64,000 bases of DNA from Chlorokybus atmophyticus (Eukaryota; Plantae; Mesostigma and Chlorokybus algae): the NCBI GenBank assembly GCA_009103225.1, contig RHPI01001715.1, forward strand, positions 834,011 through 898,010, given 5' to 3'. A program made the position numbers and the translations under genes. Within the stretch, counting starts at the first letter, position 1, and every line of letters starts with the position of its first letter. The notes under the pieces were generated by a model, which was not told where the DNA came from, made no database searches, and saw nothing but the letters and a program-made list of their open reading frames with translations. Shown here in pieces: positions 1-12,271 of the stretch.

Positions 1-684
1 CATCAAGCCAATCGCGTGCATCTTGCACGAGGTCGATGGGAAGGTATTGGTCTCGCAACGCCTATTTGAAGTGCATACAACTATATGTGAGCTCTTCGGT
101 TGGTGGTCCTTGAGCATGGTACCAAATGGTGAGCGAGTCGGCCTCTAGGAATGCCATCCCCACCTTGACCCACTCCGAGGTCGGCGTGCTTGACAAGTAC
201 GCCTCTATTTGTTGCAACCATGCGTCGATGCTTTGCCCCTTCTTGCCGGAGAAGTTCTTAGGCTTGTTCACCAACCGGCTCGTGTTGTTGAGATGCTTGA
301 GAGCCTCCTCTTGCACCCCAACTTTAGCGCGCCATGTGGAGAGGTCTCCTTCAAGCTTACTATCTTGTCCTCGAGCCTACCTACACGCACAAGGAGTGAG
401 TCGTGCGGTGCCATATGTCTCATGGCCCCCACCCATAGCTGCACGCAATGCATGCATGCTTGCTCCCTCGCATGTGAGCACACGAGTGTCTTGAACCCCT
501 CCGCTGTTTGCGCCGCCGAGCCTATAGCGATGTTGTTAAACGTAGCCTTCCATGCGGTGTTCAACTCATCTAATGATGGCTTGGTCAATGGTGCCGCCTT
601 TATGGGGTCATGTGCCGCTCCCTCCGGCGTCCCTTCACTCAAGTTCATGCTCATGAATTGAGTGGCGAGGATGCCTTGAGCCAC
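1..684 (-). pseudogene. gag: Retrotransposon gag, disrupted
   Basis: ORFs 268-684 and 62-316 overlap in different frames (frameshift). A stop at 62 interrupts FK*ALRDQYLPIDLVQDARDWLD, which still reads as the gag helical core. Confidence 0.7.
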
Positions 685-807
685 GTTGCCCGAGTTGGAG
701 CTAGCTTCCGCTATAGTGCCCTAGCACACACAAACTTGCATGAGTGCCCTCTAAGCAACTCTAGATAGGCCCACAAAACCCAAAGGTTCCCCACAATCTT
801 AACCTTA

Positions 808-820
808 GCTCCGGCTACCA
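808..820 (-). promoter_or_regulatory. Primer binding site of the LTR element
   Basis: TGGTAGCCGGAGC one base inside the LTR CA end, complementary to a tRNA 3' end ...GCUCCGGCUACCA. Confidence 0.7.
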
Positions 821-821
821 A

Positions 822-1420
822 TGTGACGCCACCCTAGGCTCGAGCACTTAGCTCTCACCTAAGCGCGTCATGCACTCTTCTTAGTGCACGCACTCACACA
901 CAAGTGCAAGCACTCTCACACCGTGCACACACTCACACACAATTGTTAGCACCGTGCATACACTCACACATGCAAGTGTAAGCACGTCCTTCAAGTGTAC
1001 ACACTAAACACAAGTGCTACATAAGGACAAGCGTCCACACGTTAAGGTTAAAAAGTTTTGTCACGCCCTTGAACGGCCTCTATCCCGAACACCCCACGTG
1101 AAGTCCCACACAAGCGAGCACGCCAAGGCAAGGTAGACTCAAGTCTCCAATGTCTTGCCTACTGAGCATGCTCACTTATATACCCTTAGTGCCTTATCAA
1201 GTCACTCAAGGGTAGTGGGTGTCTTCACCAATGGTGCCTCGTTCGGACCCAAGTGTCTAAGGCGGCCAACCATCTTGCGACAAGCACTCTTGCACGTGTC
1301 TTTACTAGGCTTAAACCAATTATCTTGAAAAGTATCTTACCCATGGGTATGAGCAACCAATGAGGTCGCACCGGATCCCCATGGCTTTGCCTCCATTGGC
1401 CACACATTCACTTGGCCACA
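822..1420 (-). repeat. 5' long terminal repeat
   Basis: Minus strand begins TGTGGC (1420) and ends GTCACA (822), i.e. imperfect inverted termini. TATATAA box at 1176-1182 on minus; CA/TG-rich tract in the U5-like part. The second LTR is outside the window, so the outer boundary is inferred. Confidence 0.65.
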
Positions 1421-2284
1421 TGTTGTTGAATCTAGTATCCTCTAAATTAATATGGTAGTCTACAATATCAACATATACATCACCTGGTACTTTCGAGACA
1501 AATACATGTGGTTTATCCACATTGTCCTTTACAATGTAGAGACATCTACTGCTAAAATATCCGCATTTTTGTATGCGATATCAATGAATCTTCATAATAT
1601 CGACATCAAAGCTGCGATATCAACAATCGCATAGAAGGTATCCACATTTATGTCCAAGATATTAACATACGTACCTTTGTAGATGTAATTGTCTACCTAG
1701 TAGACATATACATGTAGACATTAGTGGCTAACTAGTTCACACCAATGTTTGTCTCATATACATGTACATATTGGATGTCAGTATCTATAGTTTAAACATT
1801 TGTGGCTAACTTGTCCACATCAATGTCTACCTTGTAGCAGCAAACACACATGTTTATTGCTTATGTATCTCATGCATGTTTAAGCACTTAGAGCTTTACT
1901 ATCATACAGCACGACATAATGGAGATTATGCTTGATGATATAAATTTCGAAACAACTAGCTTTGATGCTATTTTGTTAATCTTTAGGCAATGCGTCTATA
2001 TTATATAATCATCACACACTACGTGTTGGCAAAGTTTTGCCATTTCGACCACGTTGTGTTGTATCAGCTTTTGCAAATTCCATGCATTATTGCAAACTAC
2101 ACCGTGCACGCGATGTCAAGCATTTGACATCTGCATCACGTTGTGTTTATATACTTATTGTGTGGTGCTCGTGGTTGCACTTTGCACAGGATGCGCATTA
2201 CACAGCTTTTGCTAAATATCAACACACCATCTTACTTCACTTGATGCACTATGGATTTTATAATTCTTTTCATGTTACACAATA

Positions 2285-3014
2285 TTTATAAACATATACA
2301 TACGTATATGTATACATATGTATATATACGTATACATATGCATATATACGTATACATACTTATATGTATATATGTATACACACATATATATACAATATAT
2401 ACATATACGTATTTATGTGTATATATACGTATTTATGTGTATATATACCTATATATATGTATATCCATACGTATATATACATATATATACGTATATATAC
2501 ATATATGTATATATCTGTATAGATAAGTATATATATGTATATATATACATATATATACATATATACAAATATATACGTATATATACACATATGTATATAT
2601 ATGTATATGTGTATATATGTATATATACACATAAGTGTATATATATATGTATATATATACATATATATACTTATATATACAGATATATACATATATGTAT
2701 ATATACGTATACGTATATACGTATATATATACATATATACATAAATATACGTATATATACACATATATACATATATGTATATATGTGTATATATACGAAT
2801 ATATGTGTATATATACATATATATACATATATGTATATACGTATATATACGCTTATATATACGTATATATACACGCTTATATATACGTATATATACACGC
2901 TTATATGTACGTATATATACACACTTATATATATATATATATATATATACGTATATATATGTATATATACATATATATACATATATGTATATATACATAT
3001 ATACGCTTATATAC

Positions 3015-3045
<31 letters not shown>
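2285..3045. repeat. Compound (TA)n/(TATACA)/(TATACG) microsatellite
   Basis: About 760 bp of alternating purine-pyrimidine sequence; source of the spurious Y/I/H-rich ORFs. Confidence 0.97.
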
Positions 3046-4810
3046 AATACAAGGGCAGGAGCTTCTCTGCACGGCGAGCTTGCAGTTGGTGAACTTTTCC
3101 ACACATTGAGGGCAAGACGTGGAGTGGTGAAACACTTAAGTTCAGGGTCATCGTATACGTTAAGGGGATATATGCGCATATGATTATCACAACACTTTCA
3201 TAAGATGTATCATACTATCAATAAGCGTATGCGTAACTTATAACATAAAATTGTGCATGTTGGCGGACGTTTACCAACAGTGATAATACTACATATTATC
3301 AAAAAGCGTTAAAACGCGAATCATAAATATCAAGGCCTCATATTGGTAACAATAGAGCGAACTCAGCATTTACGTTGCAAGGTGATAACACGTGCTCACA
3401 GCCGGAGTAGCTAGTAGAGTATTGACAACAGCTTGCCCCTCGAGATGGCAGACGTTTGACAACAAGGTGGCGGCGGTTGTTCTTATATCGCAGAGATAAG
3501 CGCGTTTCATGAACAACATCTGTCCACAGTCTGGTCCCCCCGATCATGCAACACGCCTGCAATGACTTGTTTCGGGGCAATGTGCGGTATTATGCACGTG
3601 ACAACTATCACAGTGTGTGCACTCGAAAAGTCGTCATCGTCTTCATCGTCGTCGTCGTTGTTGCTACACATGTTGTTGTTGCCGTTCTTGGTATTGTGTT
3701 TAGTCTGCTTGTTCAGTCTGCTCCAGCAGTAACCTAACACGGATAACAAATCTCTCTCGTCTGTACGAACACTTGGGACCGCATGTCACAAGCTGAACAA
3801 GCAGAGATTGGGGAGGACATAACCCAAAGCTTGCGGCGAACTCGACAGCTTCTTGTGCACGTGGTGCGTTGCGGATGCGCATAACACAAGTTGTGGTGCA
3901 CTCTTCAGTCTTTCCCTGCTAGGTGTCAATCTGCAATGTTGGGTGTTAGTATGGTGCCGCATCAAGTTTTGTTCATTTTACTCTTGGTGATGCTGCTTTT
4001 CAAGAGCTAGAGCATGGCACACAACAAATATATGCATGAAATAGGTGCCCTAGGTACATGGCTGGCACATTGCTGAGTTGCATGGTGCTCACTACAACAC
4101 ATGCCAATAGTGTTTGAGATTGTTAAACACTGTCACGTGAGCTTTAAGGTATTAACCTTGGTTCCGTGGTTCAAGTAACTCCTAAACTAGGCTGCTCAGA
4201 ACGAAGGACGAGTTAAAGTCCCAACAAGGGTTGTATGGAGCTTCCAAGGGATTGTTGACAACACATTGCAGTAACAGGGTGTCATTGACAGGTGCGCTCG
4301 CGTTGGCCAAAGCAACGTGTATTGACTACTTTAATGCATTGCAGTTTCACTCAACATGCACAAGCCACATACAAAGTTGCAAGGATGATTGGTCTCTATC
4401 CTGTTGCAAATCCTGCCGACTGTATGCAGGATTGTTCTGGCGGGTGGCTTCTTCCTATTTATGCTTGTAGCTGTGTACATCTTTTGAAAACAGGTTTTGA
4501 AGAGAAGGTACAGAATGACTGCTCCTGTGGAAGTGTAAGCTTCAGCAATCGAACTTCAATCCTACTTCAGTTTTGGTCCCCTGATCTCGCTGCATAGGTG
4601 GCACTCTTTGCAAAGTATGCCAGATACGAGTGTGCGCGTTAACAGCTCAGTTGCCGCAGTGATTAAGCAAATGCAGGCAGCAAATAACTTTGGTGAAAAC
4701 AACGATGTGCACATGTGGCGCGAGAGTGGGAATGTCACCCTATGCAGAATGTCTTTATTGCTCGCATAGTTGCACGCACGCGCAAAACGTATATACCCAA
4801 TCAGAGCCCC

Positions 4811-5808
4811 NNNNNNNNNNNNNNNNNNNNNNNNNNNNNNNNNNNNNNNNNNNNNNNNNNNNNNNNNNNNNNNNNNNNNNNNNNNNNNNNNNNNNNNNNN
4901 NNNNNNNNNNNNNNNNNNNNNNNNNNNNNNNNNNNNNNNNNNNNNNNNNNNNNNNNNNNNNNNNNNNNNNNNNNNNNNNNNNNNNNNNNNNNNNNNNNNN
5001 NNNNNNNNNNNNNNNNNNNNNNNNNNNNNNNNNNNNNNNNNNNNNNNNNNNNNNNNNNNNNNNNNNNNNNNNNNNNNNNNNNNNNNNNNNNNNNNNNNNN
5101 NNNNNNNNNNNNNNNNNNNNNNNNNNNNNNNNNNNNNNNNNNNNNNNNNNNNNNNNNNNNNNNNNNNNNNNNNNNNNNNNNNNNNNNNNNNNNNNNNNNN
5201 NNNNNNNNNNNNNNNNNNNNNNNNNNNNNNNNNNNNNNNNNNNNNNNNNNNNNNNNNNNNNNNNNNNNNNNNNNNNNNNNNNNNNNNNNNNNNNNNNNNN
5301 NNNNNNNNNNNNNNNNNNNNNNNNNNNNNNNNNNNNNNNNNNNNNNNNNNNNNNNNNNNNNNNNNNNNNNNNNNNNNNNNNNNNNNNNNNNNNNNNNNNN
5401 NNNNNNNNNNNNNNNNNNNNNNNNNNNNNNNNNNNNNNNNNNNNNNNNNNNNNNNNNNNNNNNNNNNNNNNNNNNNNNNNNNNNNNNNNNNNNNNNNNNN
5501 NNNNNNNNNNNNNNNNNNNNNNNNNNNNNNNNNNNNNNNNNNNNNNNNNNNNNNNNNNNNNNNNNNNNNNNNNNNNNNNNNNNNNNNNNNNNNNNNNNNN
5601 NNNNNNNNNNNNNNNNNNNNNNNNNNNNNNNNNNNNNNNNNNNNNNNNNNNNNNNNNNNNNNNNNNNNNNNNNNNNNNNNNNNNNNNNNNNNNNNNNNNN
5701 NNNNNNNNNNNNNNNNNNNNNNNNNNNNNNNNNNNNNNNNNNNNNNNNNNNNNNNNNNNNNNNNNNNNNNNNNNNNNNNNNNNNNNNNNNNNNNNNNNNN
5801 NNNNNNNN
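4811..5808. other. Assembly gap (N run)
   Basis: Run of N bounded by C tracts. Confidence 1.
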
Positions 5809-7415
5809 CCCCCCAATAATTTGGGGGGTGGGTGGGTATGCGGCCACCATATGGTATGCTGGCATGTTTGTTATGTTTTACGATGCTCGACTTGTTTTAT
5901 GTTGTTTTGAACGAGGTGTATGGGTTCGGGTAGGGGACAAAGGGGTTGTATACAAAAAGGGGGGGCAGTGCATGTGAACATAGCCCCCCTCCCAAAAAAA
6001 CCATGGGGGGTACACTACCGCACAAACACATACATTTTGTCTAAAAAATAATTATAAAACGCCTCGAACCTGAATTTCAAACATTTCACCCTTCGGGACC
6101 ATTTCACCCAAACAGTCAATGCATCCATTGATTTGTTTGACATGAATACAAACAGGATGAAGTAAAAAATGATTCACAAATATGGACTTGGGGCGAAATG
6201 TACGTGGCGCTACGGTTATAGGGGGGCTTTAAACCGGGTGAATACGGTATACCTGCATGCATAAAGAGTTTGTTACTCGCGCAATCAATGCACGATTGGT
6301 TGCGCATGACTCTTCCCCTACTTCTATTTTTTATGCACTTGGCTGAGCTAGTGAGGCGCCCACCCACGTTGTTGCGTAATTGATGTGTTGTTTGTGTGGC
6401 TAAAGCGAAGCTGCTTGCTGCCTTGAGCTAGTGTTTGGCCCCATTTGTTGTGTCACATGGAGGACGCACGCGTTTCGCTTACATACTGCAAGATTACGAA
6501 AAAGTGCACGCTTGTGCTGTCGAGGTAAAAATGGCAAGGCTGCCCAAGCAAACAAGGGGAGTAGGGTACCATGAGCTGTTCAATGCAGTACATCACGGTA
6601 CGTATCAATGCGGCCTTTAGTACGGTAATAACACGGCAGATTGCGATACGTGTACGATTTGTTTACCCTTATTCCTTTCAAACGTCCTGACCGCCAAAGG
6701 ACCCCGCTGTAACGTTTTCGATACAGCTCCTTGTTCATGTGACAACTTTACTGCCGCATAGGTATCGCTAGGCTGAGTCTAGCCCCCTAGCTCAACTTTG
6801 AGGTTACAAGTGGCCTACACCAGTGTTGCCCCTAATTCAATAGGGGTCGTCGCCGATACGACATCAAACAACGTGCGGCGCGCCTGACGCTGACGCAACG
6901 ACCGCTGATGACTCAGCTTTGGTGCAGCGCTCGCACTGCACCCAAGCCAAGGTGGGTCCCACGCCACTGGGTGGTGGCGTCACGGTGACGCCACCACCCA
7001 CCAGCGCACAGTCCTGCAAGCGAGACAGGGACACAGCATTGCAACGCATGGATGTTGCTGGGCATGCCGCTGGCAAGCAGCTTGTTCTGAGTGTCGCTTG
7101 GTCAGGGGGCGGCAGGCCTGCAGCGATGGAGGAGCATCTGCCTGCCGCAGGAGGTGCTCTGCTTTGCCACTGCGCCGCGCTTGACAAAGGTGAGACAAGC
7201 AGCCGCGACAGTCCACCCCCCTCGCGTGTGTTGCGCACCCCAATGTTGTTTGGGCCTGGGTGGATGAGTGAGTGGGCAGAACGCAAACACACGTGCTGAA
7301 CTCACCCAGGTGAACAAGTAAAGCTTGCAAGTGGATGCGTGCAAGCTTCCACATGACAATGTGTCCAGCATGTGTATCAATGTGCAGCATGCACACATGG
7401 TGGGGTGGGGGGTGG

Positions 7416-7773
7416 NNNNNNNNNNNNNNNNNNNNNNNNNNNNNNNNNNNNNNNNNNNNNNNNNNNNNNNNNNNNNNNNNNNNNNNNNNNNNNNNNNNNN
7501 NNNNNNNNNNNNNNNNNNNNNNNNNNNNNNNNNNNNNNNNNNNNNNNNNNNNNNNNNNNNNNNNNNNNNNNNNNNNNNNNNNNNNNNNNNNNNNNNNNNN
7601 NNNNNNNNNNNNNNNNNNNNNNNNNNNNNNNNNNNNNNNNNNNNNNNNNNNNNNNNNNNNNNNNNNNNNNNNNNNNNNNNNNNNNNNNNNNNNNNNNNNN
7701 NNNNNNNNNNNNNNNNNNNNNNNNNNNNNNNNNNNNNNNNNNNNNNNNNNNNNNNNNNNNNNNNNNNNNNNNN
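7416..7773. other. Assembly gap (N run)
   Basis: Run of N bounded by G tracts. Confidence 1.
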
Positions 7774-8643
7774 GGGGGGGGGGGGGGGAGGGAGCACTCG
7801 TCCAGTTGGAACATCGGTTGCTTGCGCATACTGGAAATGTCAAGCATGCGTGCAACGTTGCTTGCATGTGCTTTACGAGTCTGCAGCCCTCTAAAAATTC
7901 ACAGTTCGGGACTTGTCCCCGACACCTATTCTTTCATGACGATTGCGTCCGAGTACCTATTGTGCGCTGACTTTTCCAAGAACTGACTGCCTGCATTTGC
8001 TACACTCTTGATGAAGCCAGCCTGTTTACCTCAGGCTGGCTTTTGCTTTGAGCCAGCCGGTGGCACGCACAAGCCAAGAGTCAAGCTCGCCCGCTCAGCA
8101 ATGCATGCGTTTACATGCCTTGGACGTGTGAGCTTGACACACTTGGCGCTGCTGGCCATGGCTTAGCCTCCGGGCCATGCATGGCCCCAGCATATGTGCT
8201 GGTAGGATGTGTTCCCCACCAGCACTTGTTGAACCAGCTGTATGTGTACTGCAAAAAGGCTTTGGACAAGTAACCAACGCTTTGAGCGTCTGCGCTGCAA
8301 GCAGCTTCACCTTCAGTTGTCTCTCTTTGTTGTCCCTGTGCAGGGTTGACGCATGAGTAATCCAGCAGACCACCACGAGGTCTAACATCGCTGTGTTCCG
8401 CACGCGTGTGCTGCACTGTGCATGGTGCTGTCAGGGGACAGCACCGGCAGTGACGGTGGTGGTGGCGGCGGTGACGGCGGCGTTGGCTGCAGCGGAAGCA
8501 AGCGCAAGGCGGCGTCTCAGCAGGCGCCTGCTTGTGGTTCTTCCTCCTCGTCTTATTATACTTCTGCTTCTTCTTCGGCCACGTCAGCCGGAGAGCAGTA
8601 CGGGAGTGCTGAGCAGCGCTTGTCGTCGCTGTCGGGTTTGGAC

Positions 8644-11221
8644 ATGGCGGCGGCGGCGGCGGAGGGGGTGGCGGAGGCGGCGGGCCAGGCGCCGCCTGAG
8701 AAGGTCAGGCTGGCGCTGCTGGGCGGCGGCATGTTTGCACGCGACACGTACGTGCCTATCCTCCGCCAGCTGCGGGTAAGCAGCCTTCAGTTATTTGCTT
8801 GCTCAACCATGTCAGGAATAAAGTAGTACCAAGTCCAAAGCCACAGATGAACTGCTACGCTTGGTTTTGACAAGCAACCTGTCAAGTGTAATAGTTGTCA
8901 GATTGTGTCATTTCGAACAGACAGCAGCAAAAAGCAGTTTCTTCTGCTTGCTGCCTCGGTAAGGCACACAATCTTGTAATTCTAATTTCTTTTAATTCTA
9001 TTCAACGCCTTGACACCGAGCTGTTGAGCACTCGCGCTAGCACACAGTTGCTGTGCAGCTGCAAGGGGTGTTATGTTGTGCTGACACTTGCGAACGAAGC
9101 ACAAGAGCATGGTGCGTGTGCATACGTACGTGTGCCACCCAAACAACTGACCGCTCACGCTGACATGCCTGCGCTCTCTACTGCCCACTTCAGGAGCGAG
9201 TGGACTTGTGTGCTGTGTGGAGCAGGAGCGAAAGTTCTGCAACATCCATACTGCAGCGCGTGCAAGACTGGGCGCCAAACGCCTCCATGCATTATGGCGA
9301 AGATGGTCTCAAGGTAATTGTCATTTGGTTGCACGCCTTATTGCATACCCTTGCCTTTTGCTCACAGCCACGTATGCTCTTATGCTTCGCAGACTGTCCT
9401 CGCAGACCGAAGCATACATGCAGTGGCAGTTGTGCTTCCACCGCAAGTGCAAGTAAGAGCCCTGTGTGAGCTGTGCGTTATGCAGTGTACAAACATATCG
9501 CAGCTTGTCATGGCTCACATGGCGCCTTGGCAGCTAAGCGTTGTTGAAAAAGCATGGTCTGCCGGAAAGCATGTCATACAAGGTGCAAACTCGCAAATCA
9601 AATGTACTTCTGGTTGTTGATGTCAAATTGGCTATGTCCTCAAGTAGGATTTGCTTCTGAGGCTTGTTGACTACTCGTGCTTCTTGGTCAGCTACTGACA
9701 AGCTTGTTTGCCCTGCAATGCGGGCTTGCAGAGAAGCCGTTTTCCAAAGGTGCGCACACGAATGCCAGCCCAACAATTTTCTGTTTGTCACATCGCATGT
9801 GATGGCAACCGGGCAAAGACTGTTGTCCCCAAGTCGGGGAATGCTGATTGCGTCTCTGCTGTGGCGTTTCGCACACAGACGTCGCGGAGGGACGTGCTGC
9901 CTTGGAGCGTTACTACACTCTATCAAACCCACCCATTTGGTCCTTGGCTGAGAACTACCGGTTTGAACCTGGCCTTCTTAAGGTTGGTTCATCTTAATGC
10001 AATCACCCAACCACACACAAGCTACCGCTTGCTGAGTACTTCAATCAGACAGCTCGCCTTGAGACTGGTGCCTGTTGACCAACAGGCGGCCGAGCTTGTT
10101 CAGAGTCGTGGGGAGATGGTTATGGTGGAGATGGTGGCGGAGTCCGCCATGTTGGCAGACAATAAATACTTTGGCTCTGATTGGAGGCGCGACTCGAACT
10201 ACCAGGTGCTACGCACATGTCCTGGAGCACGCCTGTTGCAATGTGCTGTTACTGGGTGCATCATTTTGTATGTGGTCTGCAGGGATTTGTTGCTGAAGGC
10301 GGTGTTCACTTTATCGGAGGCTTGCGCCTGGTACAGTTCGTACCGCAAACTCATTGTCCCCAGGCATGTTGTGCTGTTTGCTCACTTGTGTTACGGCCGC
10401 ATTTACATAGGTGGCCGGTTGCAAAGTTACAAGTGTGAGCGCAAGCGCGCTGCATCGGTCGCAGGAGTTGCCACCGCCAGACACGGTCACTGCCCTCCTG
10501 TAAGCAATCCCGCATATATGCAGCAGTCAGGGTGTCGGTTCTGAAAGAACTGTTGTCTGCTGCAGGCAGTTCAGCAATACCACTTCTGGAACTCTCGCCA
10601 TGACGTTTGCAGGGCGCACGCGCAAGGTGTCCTCATATGCACCCGACACGTGCTGCTGTTGTTGTATGTTGTTGTCAACTAGCATGCTGACAGCTGTGCA
10701 TTGGCAGGTGTTCATACGCATTGTGTTGGCGCGAGGTACCGTGGAGGTCGAACGTCTATCTTCAACAGCTGCTTGGCAGGTGAGTGCCATTGGATAGAAG
10801 TATGTATACCTTACATTAGCAGTTTTGATTCTCTTTCTGCCGCTGAGCATGCAACGCATTAAACCATCAATCTCGATGACATATTGCATTGCAGGTCACT
10901 GAGTTAGATGAGTCTGGCAACCAAGTGTACCAGGAGTCATTCCCTTACCATGGGGTGTACGCGGAGATAGAGGCCTTTGTAAATGATGTCCTTGCCAAGC
11001 TACAGGTACTACTTACATGCATTTGTCATCATTGCACTCCCATAAATAACGAGTCAACCGCGCAATGCATGTATGCGCTGCAGGCACAAACAGTTGGTCC
11101 TCAACCTCTGCCAAACCCGGCGGGGACTCCAGAGGAAGGCCTGCAGGACGTTGCTGTCATTGAGGCGATGCTCCGTTCCAGTGCCAATGGAAGCACTCCA
11201 CAGGACGTCCAGTTCTTGTGA
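8644..11221 (+). CDS. Gfo/Idh/MocA family NAD(P)-dependent oxidoreductase (multi-exon; alternative upstream in-frame ATG at 8422)
   Basis: Spliced exons give the Rossmann motif VRLALLGGGMFARDTYVP, then DLCAVWSRS, IHAVAVVLPP, AGKHVIQ-EKP, WSLAENYRFEP, WRRDSNYQ-GFVAEGGVHFI, and terminal GLQDVAVIEAMLRS...QFL* at 11221. Confidence 0.9.
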
Positions 11222-12271
11222 ATGCGAAGCGCACCCCGACCTCCGCGCTTGCCCATGAAGCATTTTTGCAACGGTGACACAATTTTCTGGTGATCGGCAG
11301 ACTATGCGTGAACATAGTTTGCCACATCACTGGCTCTGGTAAGACCCTAAACTTTGTTAGATCAGCCTCCACTGCGCTCAGCATGACGCACAGAGCCCAG
11401 AAGTTTGAGGCTTCTTTTTAGTTAATTAGTGATGTGAAACCAAATTGCACTGTGGGCTTTTCACATATGTTCACAGAAGATTGGACTGCGTGCAAGTTTC
11501 AGTTCTCAACTCTCTAGATATGCAGCCCTGACGCTGCTAGCTTGAATGTTGGAATAGGGGGAACTCTGCTTGTTTTTTCCAAAGCAACAAGAGCAGTTGC
11601 CGATTGCAATGACATCCTTTGAGGTCGCAAATCGCAGGACGCACTGCCAGTGACAACTATTCAGGCAATTTTGATGAGTTGTGGTGAGCCATTATGGCAT
11701 AGACGCATGCTGCCAACAATTGGTATGGATTACGTTTGAATGATCATTAGATATGGAGGTGCACAACACGGTGTTGATCATTGCCATTGGTCAGAGGCAG
11801 ATAGATTGTGTTGCAAGTGTGAGATAAAGGGCGAGTGGACGGTCGAATTTCATGACTGTCGGTGTGCAACTATACCCACCAGTGTTGATGAGTTCCGGAT
11901 CAGACATTGTAACGACGGCGCAAACTTGACATATGATGTGAGACCCGCACAATTGTACATGACGTGCACTTAATTGAAAACATCAACAAAATACGCGCTC
12001 AATTTCATGTGCATTAAACGGGTTCAACACAGCAACTCAACAAGCCCCCATAGCAACCTAGAAACTGTGCCTCCATATCACCACTTGCCAAGCAGATGCA
12101 ACACACTTTAGGCCAGGCTGTAGCAGCAGGATGGAGATCAACGCCCATGCTCACGCGCACAGACGCATGGAAGTGCAACTGATACGCAACGGACCTGCAT
12201 AATAGCATGTCCCGCATGAGGTGCAATGCTGCAATACTGTGCAGCGTACCGCACCAACCGTCCAGATGGTG

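Larger units (their letters stand above)
1..1420 (-). mobile_element. 5' portion of a degenerate Ty3/gypsy-like LTR retrotransposon (LTR, PBS, gag); continues beyond the left edge
   Basis: On the minus strand: a TG...CA-bounded ~600 bp segment (822-1420), then a tRNA-type primer binding site (TGGTAGCCGGAGC), then gag-like coding sequence (KPKNFSGKKGQSIDAWLQQIEAYL...WVKVGMAFLEADSLTIW). Composition switches to AT-rich right after 1420. Confidence 0.8.

Noticed and set aside
1719-1825. Diverged ~29-bp direct repeat with 78-bp period
   Set aside because: Only two imperfect copies in AT-rich DNA; not CRISPR-like and no associated genes.
2251-3190. Many long Y/I/H/V-rich ORFs on both strands
   Set aside because: They are translations of the TA microsatellite.
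3338-3882. Short minus-strand ORFs with an acidic NDDDDEDDDD stretch
   Set aside because: No recognisable homology and no consistent exon chain could be built.
4080-4290. Possible second solo LTR
   Set aside because: LTR-like texture only; no TG...CA termini, TSD or clear match to the first LTR.
4690-5977. 350-420 aa ORFs, and similar X-filled ORFs at 6980-7986, 17263-17996, 26081-26745, 30936-31835 and 36077-36448
   Set aside because: They are open only because N-gaps contain no stop codons.
8422-8643. In-frame N-terminal extension of the oxidoreductase
   Set aside because: Low-complexity Gly/Ser sequence typical of the GC-rich leaders here, and it contains a promoter-type GCTGACGTGG site; kept only as an alternative start.
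9708-10544. 278-aa ORF inside the oxidoreductase
   Set aside because: It runs through introns and switches relative to the true exon frames; only part is real coding sequence.
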